Positions 48,084-58,270 of a stretch of 64,000 nt of DNA are shown here, piece after piece (position 1 is the first letter of the stretch; every line of letters starts with the position of its first letter). The stretch comes from Fidelibacterota bacterium (lineage in GTDB: Bacteria; Fidelibacterota; Marinisomatia; Marinisomatales; Marinisomataceae), in the NCBI GenBank assembly GCA_965212055.1, contig OZ243041.1:608001-672000 (forward strand), in the 5' to 3' direction. A program made the translations under genes and the position numbers. The notes beneath the pieces were generated by a model that was not told the DNA's origin, did not search any database, and saw only the letters and a list, made by a program, of their open reading frames with translations.

Positions 48084-48800
48084 TTAATAGGTAAAAATAA
48101 CAAATATATCATAAAATGAATGAGTGATGGCGGTAATTCCAAAGCCTCTTTGAACATATAGAAATGCCAAGAATATGCCAGCAATAAATCGGGCAGCGAA
48201 AGCGTATTGTACTGCTGGAGAATCTAAGATGGATAAAAATGATTCTTCTCCAATAAAATGAAATAAAGAAAACAAAATTGCCGAAAAAATTACAGCATAG
48301 AAATTTGCAGAAAATTTACCCGATCGAAATAAGAATTCCATTGATTTATAAAACAGATATATCAACAACACTCTGAAAATAAGTTCTTCATAAATACCAG
48401 CACCTAAAGACAATATTATATTACAATATAAATCATTAGTAGAAACGTCCATTAAGTAAAGATTGCCCATCAAAAAAAATAAGATACCAGCATATACAAT
48501 AGATTCAAGGAACATTATCCCTAGATATGGTCTAGAAATACTTAATGAATTAAAATGGTGCTTCTGATAATAAATGATTACTGATAGAACAAACAGAAAG
48601 ATTATTGATGATACATAAATAACGTCAAATCCTAACCCTAATAGTGCTTGTTCAATCAATACATCGGCACCATTCTGGATATAAGTAAATTCTATGTTTC
48701 TCATCCAAAAAATACCTAATTCATAGGCAAGGAAAATTGGCAAAGTAATAATAAAGCTATAAAGAGGTGAACTAGATTTTCTAAAATAATCTTTAACCAT
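48084..48800 (-). CDS. CPBP (CAAX protease/Abi) family intramembrane metalloprotease
   Basis: EELIFR, FSLFH and RGFG....HS.YD motifs; multiple TM helices. Confidence 0.88.
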   Translation of the reverse strand: MVKDYFRKSSSPLYSFIITLPIFLAYELGIFWMRNIEFTYIQNGADVLIEQALLGLGFDVIYVSSIIFLFVLSVIIYYQKHHFNSLSISRPYLGIMFLESIVYAGILFFLMGNLYLMDVSTNDLYCNIILSLGAGIYEELIFRVLLIYLFYKSMEFLFRSGKFSANFYAVIFSAILFSLFHFIGEESFLSILDSPAVQYAFAARFIAGIFLAFLYVQRGFGITAITHSFYDIFVIFTY

Positions 48801-48801
48801 A

Positions 48802-50583
48802 TCAAATTTTCAATACAGCCAATAAAGCTTCTTGAGGAACTTCTACTTTTCCAATCATACGCATTCTTTTTTTGCCCTTCTTTTGTTTTTGAAGAAGTTT
48901 CTTTTTTCGTGTTACATCACCCCCATATAATTTCTCAGTCACATTCTTTCTAAAAGGAGCAATATTCGTTCTTGCAATAACCCTAGTACCAATAGAAGCT
49001 TGAATAGGAATCTGAATTTGTTGTCTCGGAATAAGTTCTTTCAATTTTTGACACAATGCTAACCCACGATGATAAGAATCCTTCTTAGAACAAATCATTG
49101 ATAAAGCATCAACAGGTTCTTTATTAATAAGAATATCTAGTTTATCCAATTTGCTTTTTTTGTATTCTTTGAATGTATAATCAAACGATGCATAACCTTT
49201 TGAAGCAGATTTAATGGAATCATAAAAATCAAAAATTATTTCACCCAATGGCAAATCATAAATTAATTGTACCTTAGAACTTGATAGATAGGAAGTTGAT
49301 TGATAATGCCCTCTTCTATCTTGACAAATCTTCATCATATTTCCAATATATTCTGTTGGAGTTAAGATTTCTGCTGTAACAATCGGCTCTAAAATATCTT
49401 CTAAAATTTTTGGTGATGGCAATAAAGCAGGTCGATGAACCTCAACTTGAGTTTTATCTTTTAGATTTGCTAAATATTTCACGTTGGGGCTTGTTGTAAC
49501 AATCGAAAGATCGAATTCACGTTCTAACCTTTCTTGAATTATTTCCATATGCAATAATCCCAAGAACCCACAACGATATCCAAACCCTAAAGCATCACTC
49601 ACTTCTGGTTCAAAAACGAGGGAAGCATCATTAAGTTTCAACTTCTCGAGAGCTGTACGTAAATCATCATAATCATCTGCATCAGAAGGAAATAAGCCTG
49701 AAAAAACCATCGGTTTAATCTTCTGAAAACCAGGCAAAGCCTTAGAACAAGGATTGTTAACGGTGGTAATTGTGTCTCCAGGCAATACATGCTCAATATC
49801 TCTAATATTTGCTATAATATAACCGACTTCACCCTCTTCCAGCGATGAAGCTTTTTTTCGATCAATTACGAAATGCCCAACTTCATCAACTTCATAATAA
49901 GTATTATGAGAAAAAAATTTAATTTTCATACCACGTTGAATAGATCCTTCATAAATACGAACATACGCAACAACCCCTCTATATTTATCAAAAATAGAAT
50001 CAAAGATAAGTGCTTTTATTTTTTCATTCTTTGATATAGTAGGACAAGGAATTGACTCAATAACTTTATTCAATATATTTTCAATTCCTTCACCAGTTTT
50101 TGCACTTGTTAATAAAATATCTTTCTCTTCACAATCGGTTAATTCAATAATTTGTTTCTTTACATTCTCAATGTCTGCATTGGGTAGATCTACTTTATTA
50201 ATTATTGGAATTATTTCTAAATCATTCTCAACTGCCAACAAATAATTAGTTACCGTTTGTGCTTCAATTCCTTGAGCAGCATCAACAACTAACAATGCTC
50301 CTTCACTTGCTGACAATGTACGAGAAACTTCATATGAAAAATCAACATGGCCTGGAGTATCAATTAGGTTCAAAATATGATCCTTAAAAATCATTCTAAT
50401 AGAATGACTTTTAATGGTAATCCCTCTCTCACGTTCTAGATCCATACTATCCAAAACTTGGTTTTTCATTTTTTTCTTTGAAATTGTACCAGTGAACTCT
50501 AGCAACCGGTCTGCAAGAGTAGATTTCCCATGATCGATATGAGCAATAATACAAAAGTTCCGAATGTATTGAATATCATTCAT
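48802..50583 (-). CDS. lepA: Elongation factor 4
   Basis: IRNFCIIAHIDHGKSTLADR, DTPGHVDF, GFLGLLHMEI and YGGDVTRKKKLL motifs. Confidence 0.99.
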   Translation of the reverse strand: MNDIQYIRNFCIIAHIDHGKSTLADRLLEFTGTISKKKMKNQVLDSMDLERERGITIKSHSIRMIFKDHILNLIDTPGHVDFSYEVSRTLSASEGALLVVDAAQGIEAQTVTNYLLAVENDLEIIPIINKVDLPNADIENVKKQIIELTDCEEKDILLTSAKTGEGIENILNKVIESIPCPTISKNEKIKALIFDSIFDKYRGVVAYVRIYEGSIQRGMKIKFFSHNTYYEVDEVGHFVIDRKKASSLEEGEVGYIIANIRDIEHVLPGDTITTVNNPCSKALPGFQKIKPMVFSGLFPSDADDYDDLRTALEKLKLNDASLVFEPEVSDALGFGYRCGFLGLLHMEIIQERLEREFDLSIVTTSPNVKYLANLKDKTQVEVHRPALLPSPKILEDILEPIVTAEILTPTEYIGNMMKICQDRRGHYQSTSYLSSSKVQLIYDLPLGEIIFDFYDSIKSASKGYASFDYTFKEYKKSKLDKLDILINKEPVDALSMICSKKDSYHRGLALCQKLKELIPRQQIQIPIQASIGTRVIARTNIAPFRKNVTEKLYGGDVTRKKKLLQKQKKGKKRMRMIGKVEVPQEALLAVLKI

Positions 50584-52168
50584 GAAAATGATTTACAATA
50601 GGAAAACGTCTACCCATACCGAATGCTTTTCTAGTAATGCGTAAAATTGGAGGTGTCTGTCTTCTTTTATATTCATTTTGATTAATTCTTCTGATTATCT
50701 CATCTGTTTCAGGAGTATTGTTATCAATAGATTCATTATAAATTACCTTATCAACAATTGGGCTAATCACGTCATAATCAAAGGGATCTACTTGATTTTC
50801 AGCTAATTCTGCTGACGGAGTCTTTGTAATACAACTAGAAGGGATAATATCAGTTGATACTGTATTTTTCCATTTGGCTAAATTGTATACATCTGTCTTT
50901 GATAAATCACCAATGACTGATAACCCTCCACTCATATCACCATAAAGAGTGCAATAACCTAAGGCTAACTCAGTTTTATTCCCTGTTGATAAGACCAAAC
51001 AGCCAAACTTATTTGAAAATCCCATGAGAATATTACCTCTGATTCTAGATTGAATATTCTCTTCAGCAACATTGCTCTCTAATCCCTTAAAATGTGGTTC
51101 CAAAACTTGTAAATACTTTTCGAATAAATCATCTATATCAACTATATCAAAATTTGCATTTAAATTTTCTGCTAATGTTTTTGCATCAGTTTTACTGTGC
51201 TCGCTAGAAAATCTTGAAGGCATAGAAATCAAATAAACATTTTCTGGTCCGAGTGCATCAACAGCAAGACATGCTACGAGAGCAGAATCTATTCCACCAC
51301 TCAAACCTATGACTGCTTTTTGATGATCTGTTTTAGAAAAATAATCCTTAACTCCAAGTGTCAATGCATCATAAATCTCTTTGTTTGGGTCTTCTTCTTT
51401 TTGATCAATCGATGAGGAATTTAAATTTGCTACTATTAAATCTTCTTGAAATGATTTTCCTTCTTTTACTAGTTCCATATTAGAGTTCAAAATGAGAGAA
51501 TTTCCATCAAAAATTAGTTCATCTTGTCCTCCAACAATATTACAGTATATAAATGGACAATTAGCTTTAGCAAATTTATCAAGGATCAACTGTCTTCGAA
51601 TAGTTTTGCGATTCTTATGATAAGGAGACGAAGAAATATTAACAATAAGATCAGGTTTTAAATCGATAATCTCTGTGGACAATTCTCTGTCATAATCGTC
51701 TTCCCAAAGATCTTCACAAATCTGTATAATGCAATTTAATGATTCTCCATTTACACTAAGACTAAATTGACCAATTTCCGTTCCATTTTCAAAATAACGA
51801 TCTTCATCAAAAACATCATATGTTGGTAAAAGAATTTTATTATAAATATGTACAATTTCTCCATTTTCACAAATCGCTGCAGAATTAAATAATTTTCCAT
51901 TTTTTTCATTTACAAAACCAACAATACAAGTTTTAGAAACTTTTTTAGCAAAACGGTTTAAAGTAGATAGATTTTTCTCAATAAATTTTTTAGACAAAAG
52001 TAAATCTTGTGGAGGATAACCTGTCACTACCATTTCTGGAAAAACAACTAAATCAGGATTCTCCTTCAATGCTTCATTATAATTATGCAGAATTTTATCA
52101 TAATTATAATCAAAATTTCCCAAAATGGGATTTATTTGACAAAGTGCAACTTTTATTGAATTAGACAA
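50576..52168 (-). CDS. nadE: Glutamine-dependent NAD+ synthetase
   Basis: Nitrilase domain (FPE, K..LP.Y..FDE, ICEDLW) plus GLSGGIDSA, ENIQSR, TGNK.E and PSAEL. Confidence 0.96.
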   Translation of the reverse strand: MSNSIKVALCQINPILGNFDYNYDKILHNYNEALKENPDLVVFPEMVVTGYPPQDLLLSKKFIEKNLSTLNRFAKKVSKTCIVGFVNEKNGKLFNSAAICENGEIVHIYNKILLPTYDVFDEDRYFENGTEIGQFSLSVNGESLNCIIQICEDLWEDDYDRELSTEIIDLKPDLIVNISSSPYHKNRKTIRRQLILDKFAKANCPFIYCNIVGGQDELIFDGNSLILNSNMELVKEGKSFQEDLIVANLNSSSIDQKEEDPNKEIYDALTLGVKDYFSKTDHQKAVIGLSGGIDSALVACLAVDALGPENVYLISMPSRFSSEHSKTDAKTLAENLNANFDIVDIDDLFEKYLQVLEPHFKGLESNVAEENIQSRIRGNILMGFSNKFGCLVLSTGNKTELALGYCTLYGDMSGGLSVIGDLSKTDVYNLAKWKNTVSTDIIPSSCITKTPSAELAENQVDPFDYDVISPIVDKVIYNESIDNNTPETDEIIRRINQNEYKRRQTPPILRITRKAFGMGRRFPIVNHFHE

Positions 52169-52614
52169 TTTTTAATCTCACCAATCAATGTGCTAATTGA
52201 ATCTACTTGGATTGAATTTTTGATATCCCAACTTTTATAAGCAATTAGAGGCTTATCCTGTGCTAAGGTATATGCAATTTCACTTAAAGTGCCATAAGCG
52301 CCAGAAATCGCGACTCCTACATCGCAATTATAGCTTATCATTGCATTTCTACTGATATCCATACCTGTTGCAATAGGAACTGATAAAAATTTGTTTCCTG
52401 TATTATATTCTTTATCCTTTAAAATTCCTATACACACACCATTGTCCTCAGATACTCCTTTTGCAATAGCTTCCATCACTCCTTCTCCTCCACCACAAAA
52501 AACTAGCCAATTTTCTCTTGCCATTTGTCTACCAATTTCAACAGTATCATTATAGATTGATTCGGTAATATCTCTGCCTCCGAAAACAGCAATTCTTCCA
52601 TTGAATTTTATCAT
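52153..52614 (-). CDS. LOG/TIGR00725-like Rossmann-fold protein
   Basis: IAVFGG, CGGGEGVMEA, TGM..SRN and GAYGTLSEI motifs. Confidence 0.85.
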   Translation of the reverse strand: MIKFNGRIAVFGGRDITESIYNDTVEIGRQMARENWLVFCGGGEGVMEAIAKGVSEDNGVCIGILKDKEYNTGNKFLSVPIATGMDISRNAMISYNCDVGVAISGAYGTLSEIAYTLAQDKPLIAYKSWDIKNSIQVDSISTLIGEIKNCLIQ

Positions 52615-53900
52615 GGTTCAAGCCTTCCCATTGTTCTTGGGAAAGGAATTGTTTGCCTGATGTGATCAATTCCACATATCCAAGAAACCGTTCTTTCAAG
52701 ACCTAATCCAAAACCTGAATGGGGAACTGACCCATATTTTCTCAAATCTAGATACCACTTGAATGCATCCACAGGCAATTTGTGTTCTTTAATACGTTTC
52801 ACTAATAAATCATGATTATCTTCTCTTTGACCACCGCCAACAACTTCTCCATAACCTTCTGGTGCAAGAACATCCACGCCTAAAGCATATTTATCAGTCT
52901 TGTCTCTTTTCATATAAAATGCTTTCGTCTTGTGTGGCCAAGAATGAATCATAACAGGTTTATCAAATTCAGAAGCAATTGCTTCTTCATCAGGAGCTCC
53001 AAAATCGCTTCCATATTTAAAATCACGGTTTTTATCTTTTAATATCTTTACTGCGTCATCATAAGAAATTCTTGGAAATGGACTAGAAATATTTTTTAAT
53101 TTGGATAAATCTCTTTCGAGAATCTCTAATTCTTGAGAACAATGCTTTAAACAATCAGAAATTATGTATGATATAAACTCTTCAATTATATCCATATTCT
53201 GATTGATATCACAGTAGGCCATTTCAGGCTCAACCATCCAAAATTCAGTAAGATGTTTCCTAGTTTTTGATTTTTCTGCCCTAAAACAAGGTCCAAAACA
53301 ATATGTTTTCCCAAATGCCATAGCGGCTGCTTCTTGATACAATTGTCCGCTTTGTGTTAAATAAGCAGATCGATTAAAATAATCAGTCTCAAATAGAGTA
53401 GTAGTACCCTCTACAGCATTACCAGTAAACATAGGAGAATCAATTAATACAAACCCTTTATCATCAAAGAAATCTCGTATTGCTTTTATTGTTCTTTGCC
53501 TAATTTTCATAATTGCGAATTGTCTTTTTGATCTTAACCATAAATGTCGATTATCCATCAAGAAGCTAACACCATGATCTTTTAGAGCTATTGGGTATTC
53601 ATCAGCAATATGAACAACATTAATGTTACTAGCAATAATCTCGACACCGCCTTTAGATCTTTTATCTTCCTGAACAGTTCCTGTAATAGAAAGAGAAGAT
53701 TCTTGAGTTAAAGTATTCTCTAGTTTGAAAACATCTTCGGCAACATCATTTTTTGATACAACACATTGAACATATCCAGTACCATCTCTTACAATAACAA
53801 ACCATATTTTTCCAATCGATCTTATATTGTAAACCCATCCATTGATTTGGACTTCTTTACCAATAAATTTCTTTAATTTTTCTACATTTATTTGATTCAT
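52611..53900 (-). CDS. asnS: Asparagine--tRNA ligase
   Basis: RHLWLRS, LTQSGQLY, FRAEKSKTRKHLTEFWMVEPE and LRKYGSVPHSGFGLGLER motifs. Confidence 0.96.
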   Translation of the reverse strand: MNQINVEKLKKFIGKEVQINGWVYNIRSIGKIWFVIVRDGTGYVQCVVSKNDVAEDVFKLENTLTQESSLSITGTVQEDKRSKGGVEIIASNINVVHIADEYPIALKDHGVSFLMDNRHLWLRSKRQFAIMKIRQRTIKAIRDFFDDKGFVLIDSPMFTGNAVEGTTTLFETDYFNRSAYLTQSGQLYQEAAAMAFGKTYCFGPCFRAEKSKTRKHLTEFWMVEPEMAYCDINQNMDIIEEFISYIISDCLKHCSQELEILERDLSKLKNISSPFPRISYDDAVKILKDKNRDFKYGSDFGAPDEEAIASEFDKPVMIHSWPHKTKAFYMKRDKTDKYALGVDVLAPEGYGEVVGGGQREDNHDLLVKRIKEHKLPVDAFKWYLDLRKYGSVPHSGFGLGLERTVSWICGIDHIRQTIPFPRTMGRLEP

Positions 53901-53904
53901 AATA

Positions 53905-54507
53905 TCACCATGTTGACAGTACTGTGTTTACAATATCAACTGCAATTTTATTAATTGCAACATTAATTGCAAGCTCTCTTGAATCCCCAAATTCATCACT
54001 ATCATTGCTATCAATTAATCCATCGTTATCATTATCTATTCCATCAGAAGAAGGGTCGCTATCAATACTATAAGTTCCAAATGAAGAGAAGTCTTTTTCA
54101 AACAATGCTTTATCATTGCTAACATCAAGCCATATGGCCTTAACTTTAATTGAAAAACGATATTCACTAACTTGCTCATTATTATTAAAAGCATACGGAC
54201 CATCTGAAACAGAAACTATCTCACCATCTATAATACTATCACTATCTGGACTGCTTACTATTTTAATAATATTCTGTTCACTAATTTGTTCAATAATTAC
54301 GTTGGTCAATTTCTCTGAAAGCTCAAATTCAGGAGTTTGATTTACGAATAAAGGAACGGATACATTTCTAATGTTTGGAGGGATTGATCCCGCCATTGAA
54401 TAATATGCGCATCCAAATAGTACAAAAATAAAATAAAGATTAGTTATCTTTATTAATCTTCTTTTCAATTCCATAATCATTAATCTTTCTATATAGTGTT
54501 CTTTCAC
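53905..54507 (-). CDS. lptE: LptE-family LPS assembly lipoprotein
   Basis: Lipobox LFGC-AYYSMAGSIPPNI..V.V..F.NQT; follows the sigma54-type AAA+ gene, as in FCB bacteria. Start probably at 54474 or later. Confidence 0.7.
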   Translation of the reverse strand: MKEHYIERLMIMELKRRLIKITNLYFIFVLFGCAYYSMAGSIPPNIRNVSVPLFVNQTPEFELSEKLTNVIIEQISEQNIIKIVSSPDSDSIIDGEIVSVSDGPYAFNNNEQVSEYRFSIKVKAIWLDVSNDKALFEKDFSSFGTYSIDSDPSSDGIDNDNDGLIDSNDSDEFGDSRELAINVAINKIAVDIVNTVLSTW

Positions 54508-55645
54508 TCATTCCAAGTGACTTAGCTGCTGCCCTTCTGTTGTTATTAAAGTACTCTAATGTACGAAGAATCATTTCTTTTTCTAAATCTGTAGTCTTGA
54601 AACTACCTATTGCTTGCTCTTTTAACAAAGTTTTATCTTCAAAACCACCAAATTCATTATCATGAATTTTATTACTGAAATTTTCATCAATATTTCTAGG
54701 CGAATTTAATATTGAAAAATCAGATTGTTTGAGCATTAGTTTGAGTTCTTCTATGTCCTGTCTTAAAAACAATAATTGTCGCAAAATCAATTCTCTTTCG
54801 GCTTGATCAGGGTTCTGATTTACTACAACAGGTAGTGCTGGATTATCAGAAAATTCCATCATTTTCTCGTTTTGTAGTTGTTTCTCGATAATTTCTGCAG
54901 TAATTCTTTCTCCCTTTTCAAGAATTAAAATACTTTCTATGAAATTTCTTAATTCTCTTACATTTCCTGGCCAATCAAATTTCTGAATTACTTTAATTGC
55001 TTCAGGAGTAAACCCTTTATATTTAATTTTGTTTGTTCTACTAAATTGTAAAGCAAATCTTTCAACAAGCAACCTAATATCGTTTTTTCTATGTCTTAGT
55101 GCTGGAAGATTAATTGTAACTGTTTTTAACCTATAATAAAGGTCTTGTCTGAATTTTCCTTCTTTAACAAGTCTAGCCAAATCTTTATTTGTAGCAGCTA
55201 TTACTCTAGTATCAGTTTTCTTAGATATAGAGTCTCCTACTCTCATATATTCTCCAGTTTCCAGTACTCTTAAAACCTTAACTTGAGTTTCTAATGGCAT
55301 ATCTCCAATTTCATCAAGAAAAATTGTTCCCTTATTTGCAGTCTCAAAATACCCTTTTCTTGATTCACTCGCATCAGTATAGGCTCCTTTTTTGTGGCCG
55401 AATAATTCACTTTCAATAATTCCTTCTGGAATAGCTCCACAATTAACAATAATTAAATCCTTGCTTGAACGCATACTTGCAGTATGAACAGCTTTGGCAA
55501 CTAACTCCTTTCCTGTACCAGATTCTCCATTAATCAAAACGGAAATATCCACGCCAGCAACTTGAGATACCATTTCCAAGACTTGATTAATCTCTTCGCT
55601 TTCCCCGACAATTCCTGATTTTTGTTTAATTAGTTCAATATTCAT
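54440..55645 (-). CDS. Sigma54-interaction (bEBP AAA+) domain protein with Fis-type HTH and no N-terminal regulatory domain
   Basis: GESGTGKE, ESELFGH.KGAYTDA, FLDEIGD, FRQDLYYRL, WPGNVREL and C-terminal HTH. Confidence 0.92.
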   Translation of the reverse strand: MNIELIKQKSGIVGESEEINQVLEMVSQVAGVDISVLINGESGTGKELVAKAVHTASMRSSKDLIIVNCGAIPEGIIESELFGHKKGAYTDASESRKGYFETANKGTIFLDEIGDMPLETQVKVLRVLETGEYMRVGDSISKKTDTRVIAATNKDLARLVKEGKFRQDLYYRLKTVTINLPALRHRKNDIRLLVERFALQFSRTNKIKYKGFTPEAIKVIQKFDWPGNVRELRNFIESILILEKGERITAEIIEKQLQNEKMMEFSDNPALPVVVNQNPDQAERELILRQLLFLRQDIEELKLMLKQSDFSILNSPRNIDENFSNKIHDNEFGGFEDKTLLKEQAIGSFKTTDLEKEMILRTLEYFNNNRRAAAKSLGMSERTLYRKINDYGIEKKINKDN

Positions 55646-55654
55646 TTTATCCTC

Positions 55655-57655
55655 TTAGTTAACAATTTTAATTTCTTTCTGCAGATTTGTGATTTCATCT
55701 CTTAGGCTTGCTGCCTTCTCAAACTCCAAATTCTCAGCTGCTTCTAACATTTCTTGTCGAATCATCTCAACAGCAATCTTTTTGTCCTCTTTTAGAAATC
55801 TATCAGTCTTGATATCACGTTTGATTTGAATTTCATTTTCTTTAAACGCTTCTGCAACCTTAGTCGCTCCTAATATCTCATCCATTGATTTTTTAATCGA
55901 TCTAGGAATAATATTATTTTCCTTATTAAAATGCTCTTGTATCTCTCTTCTACGGCTAGTTTCATCAACCAAATACTGTATAGAATCAGTTTTTCGATCA
56001 GCATACAGTATAACCTTACCTTTTACATGTCTAGCCGCTCTACCAGCAATTTGTACCAAAGAACTTTTTGATCTTAAAAATCCTTCTTTATCCGCATCAA
56101 GAATTGCAACCAATGAAACTTCTGGAAGATCAAGACCTTCCCTTAATAAATTGATCCCAACCAGAACGTCAAAATCCCCTAATCGTAGATCTCTTAGAAT
56201 CTTGACTCTTTCAATTGTTTTTATCTCGGAATGGAGATATCTCACTCTAATATTCATTGTGCTAAGATATTCTGATAAATCTTCAGCCATTTTTTTTGTT
56301 AGAGTCGTTACTAAACATCTTTCTTTTTTAATGGAACGTTTTTTGATTTCACTAATTAAATGATCAATTTGTCCTGATGATGGCTTTATGCTAACCATTG
56401 GATCTAATAGCCCAGTTGGTCTATTGATAAGTTCTATTACTACTCCTGAAGACAGATTCAATTCTTTTTCAGCTGGTGTAGCAGAAACATAAATCATTTG
56501 ATTCTGAATTGATTCAAATTCATCAATTGTGAGAGGTCTGTTATCATAAGCAGCGGGAAGCCTAAAACCATGTTCAATAAGATTTTCTTTTCTCTTTTTA
56601 TCTCCATTATACATTCCTTTTATCTGAGGGAAAGTAACATGAGATTCGTCAAGGATAGTGATAAAATCCTTAGGAAAGAAGTCTATTAAAGTCCATGGTC
56701 TTTCACCCGATTCTCTTCCATCAAAATATCTTGAATAATTCTCAATACCTGAACAGTATCCTACTTCATCAATCATTTCTACATCAAAATTAGTTCTTTG
56801 GCTTAATCGTTGTGCTTCAAGCAACTTTTCGTTCTTATTAAAATAATCTAACCTATCTTTTAAATCTCTTTTTATCTCCTTAATTACTTTTTTATTTTTT
56901 CCTTTATCAGATACAAAATGTCTTGCTGGATAGAGAAAGATTTCTTCAATTTCTTTGCCTTCCTCTCCGGTTAGAGGATTAAAAGTAACAATTGACTCCA
57001 GTGTATCATTGAAAATATCAACTCTGATTGCATTTTCTTCATAAGCTGGAAATATTTCAAAAACATCCCCCATAATTCTAAAATTACATCTTTCAAGAAC
57101 CTGATCATTTCTTTGATAATAAATATCAACCAAAGATTCCGTTAATTCTCTACGATTAATATTATCATTCTTTTTAAGATGAATAACTTGATTTTTGTAT
57201 TCCTCAGGAGAGCCCAATCCATATATACAAGACACTGAACTAACTACAATTACGTCATTTCTTTGTATTAAAGAGCTTGTGGCTCTGAGCCTCAGCTTAT
57301 CAATTTCTTCATCCATTGAAAAATCTTTTTCAATGAATGTATCTGTAACGGGCATATATGACTCCGGCTGATAATAGTCATAATAGCTTATAAAATATTC
57401 TACCGCGTTATTAGGAAATAAATTTTTGAATTCTCCATAAAGTTGGGCTGCCAATGTTTTGTTATGAGATATAACCAATGTTGGTCTTTGGATTTTTTCA
57501 ATAACCTTTGCAATAGCATAGGTTTTTCCAGATCCAGTAACACCTAATAAAGTTTGATGTTTTGTATCAGAATTTAAACCGTTTATGAGCTCATCTATTG
57601 CTTTAGGTTGATCACCAGAGGGTTCAAAATTAGAAATTAGCTTAAAGTCTGCCAT
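55655..57655 (-). CDS. uvrB: Excinuclease ABC subunit B
   Basis: GDQPKAI, LLGVTGSGKT, YFISYYDYYQPE, DESH, GINLLREGLDLPEV and UVR domain. Confidence 0.99.
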   Translation of the reverse strand: MADFKLISNFEPSGDQPKAIDELINGLNSDTKHQTLLGVTGSGKTYAIAKVIEKIQRPTLVISHNKTLAAQLYGEFKNLFPNNAVEYFISYYDYYQPESYMPVTDTFIEKDFSMDEEIDKLRLRATSSLIQRNDVIVVSSVSCIYGLGSPEEYKNQVIHLKKNDNINRRELTESLVDIYYQRNDQVLERCNFRIMGDVFEIFPAYEENAIRVDIFNDTLESIVTFNPLTGEEGKEIEEIFLYPARHFVSDKGKNKKVIKEIKRDLKDRLDYFNKNEKLLEAQRLSQRTNFDVEMIDEVGYCSGIENYSRYFDGRESGERPWTLIDFFPKDFITILDESHVTFPQIKGMYNGDKKRKENLIEHGFRLPAAYDNRPLTIDEFESIQNQMIYVSATPAEKELNLSSGVVIELINRPTGLLDPMVSIKPSSGQIDHLISEIKKRSIKKERCLVTTLTKKMAEDLSEYLSTMNIRVRYLHSEIKTIERVKILRDLRLGDFDVLVGINLLREGLDLPEVSLVAILDADKEGFLRSKSSLVQIAGRAARHVKGKVILYADRKTDSIQYLVDETSRRREIQEHFNKENNIIPRSIKKSMDEILGATKVAEAFKENEIQIKRDIKTDRFLKEDKKIAVEMIRQEMLEAAENLEFEKAASLRDEITNLQKEIKIVN

Positions 57656-57718
57656 ATTGTCCCTTTAATTTAAGTTTTATTAACAAATAAAACAATTTAT
57701 AAAGTATGACAATAGGTT

Positions 57719-58270
57719 TTATTTTTTGGTGCTTAAAATATAAAAAACACGCAAATAATCCAATAAACTGAGGAATAAAAGAGCCGTAGCAATATAAATC
57801 AAAAGTGGAACGAAACTAAATAAAGATTCAATCTTTATTACATATATTCCAAGCCCAAGAGTAAGAAATCCAACACCCCATTTTCCAACTATATTGGATC
57901 CATATACTGAATCAGCTTTTGGAAGGAGAGTCATGGATAAGATAAGAAGTAAAAATTGTCTACAAAAATAAAAGACACAAAACCAAAGATCTATACGACT
58001 CTCAAAATATAATACAACCGAAAACGTAAACAGGATTAATCCATCAGCTATAGGGTCAAGAAGTTTGCCTAAATCAGAAATTTGATTGAGACGTCTTGCT
58101 AAAAAACCATCTAGAAAATCTGTTAGAATAACAACTCCTAATAATACATAAAGATATATCATACAATCAAAATAATAGGACATAACCAATGGAACAATTA
58201 GGACAAGCCTAAGAATAGTAATTAAGTTAGGAATAAGAAAAATGTCGCTAGATTTAAAAAGTTTACTCAT
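57719..58270 (-). CDS. CDP-alcohol phosphatidyltransferase (PgsA-like)
   Basis: PNLITILR and TDFLDGFLARRLNQISDLGKLLDPIAD signature. Confidence 0.92.
   Translation of the reverse strand: MSKLFKSSDIFLIPNLITILRLVLIVPLVMSYYFDCMIYLYVLLGVVILTDFLDGFLARRLNQISDLGKLLDPIADGLILFTFSVVLYFESRIDLWFCVFYFCRQFLLLILSMTLLPKADSVYGSNIVGKWGVGFLTLGLGIYVIKIESLFSFVPLLIYIATALLFLSLLDYLRVFYILSTKK

Noticed and set aside
48084..48800. Abi-type antiphage gene
   Set aside because: The CPBP/Abi label denotes a CAAX-like membrane protease; it sits in a housekeeping operon after lepA with no defence context.
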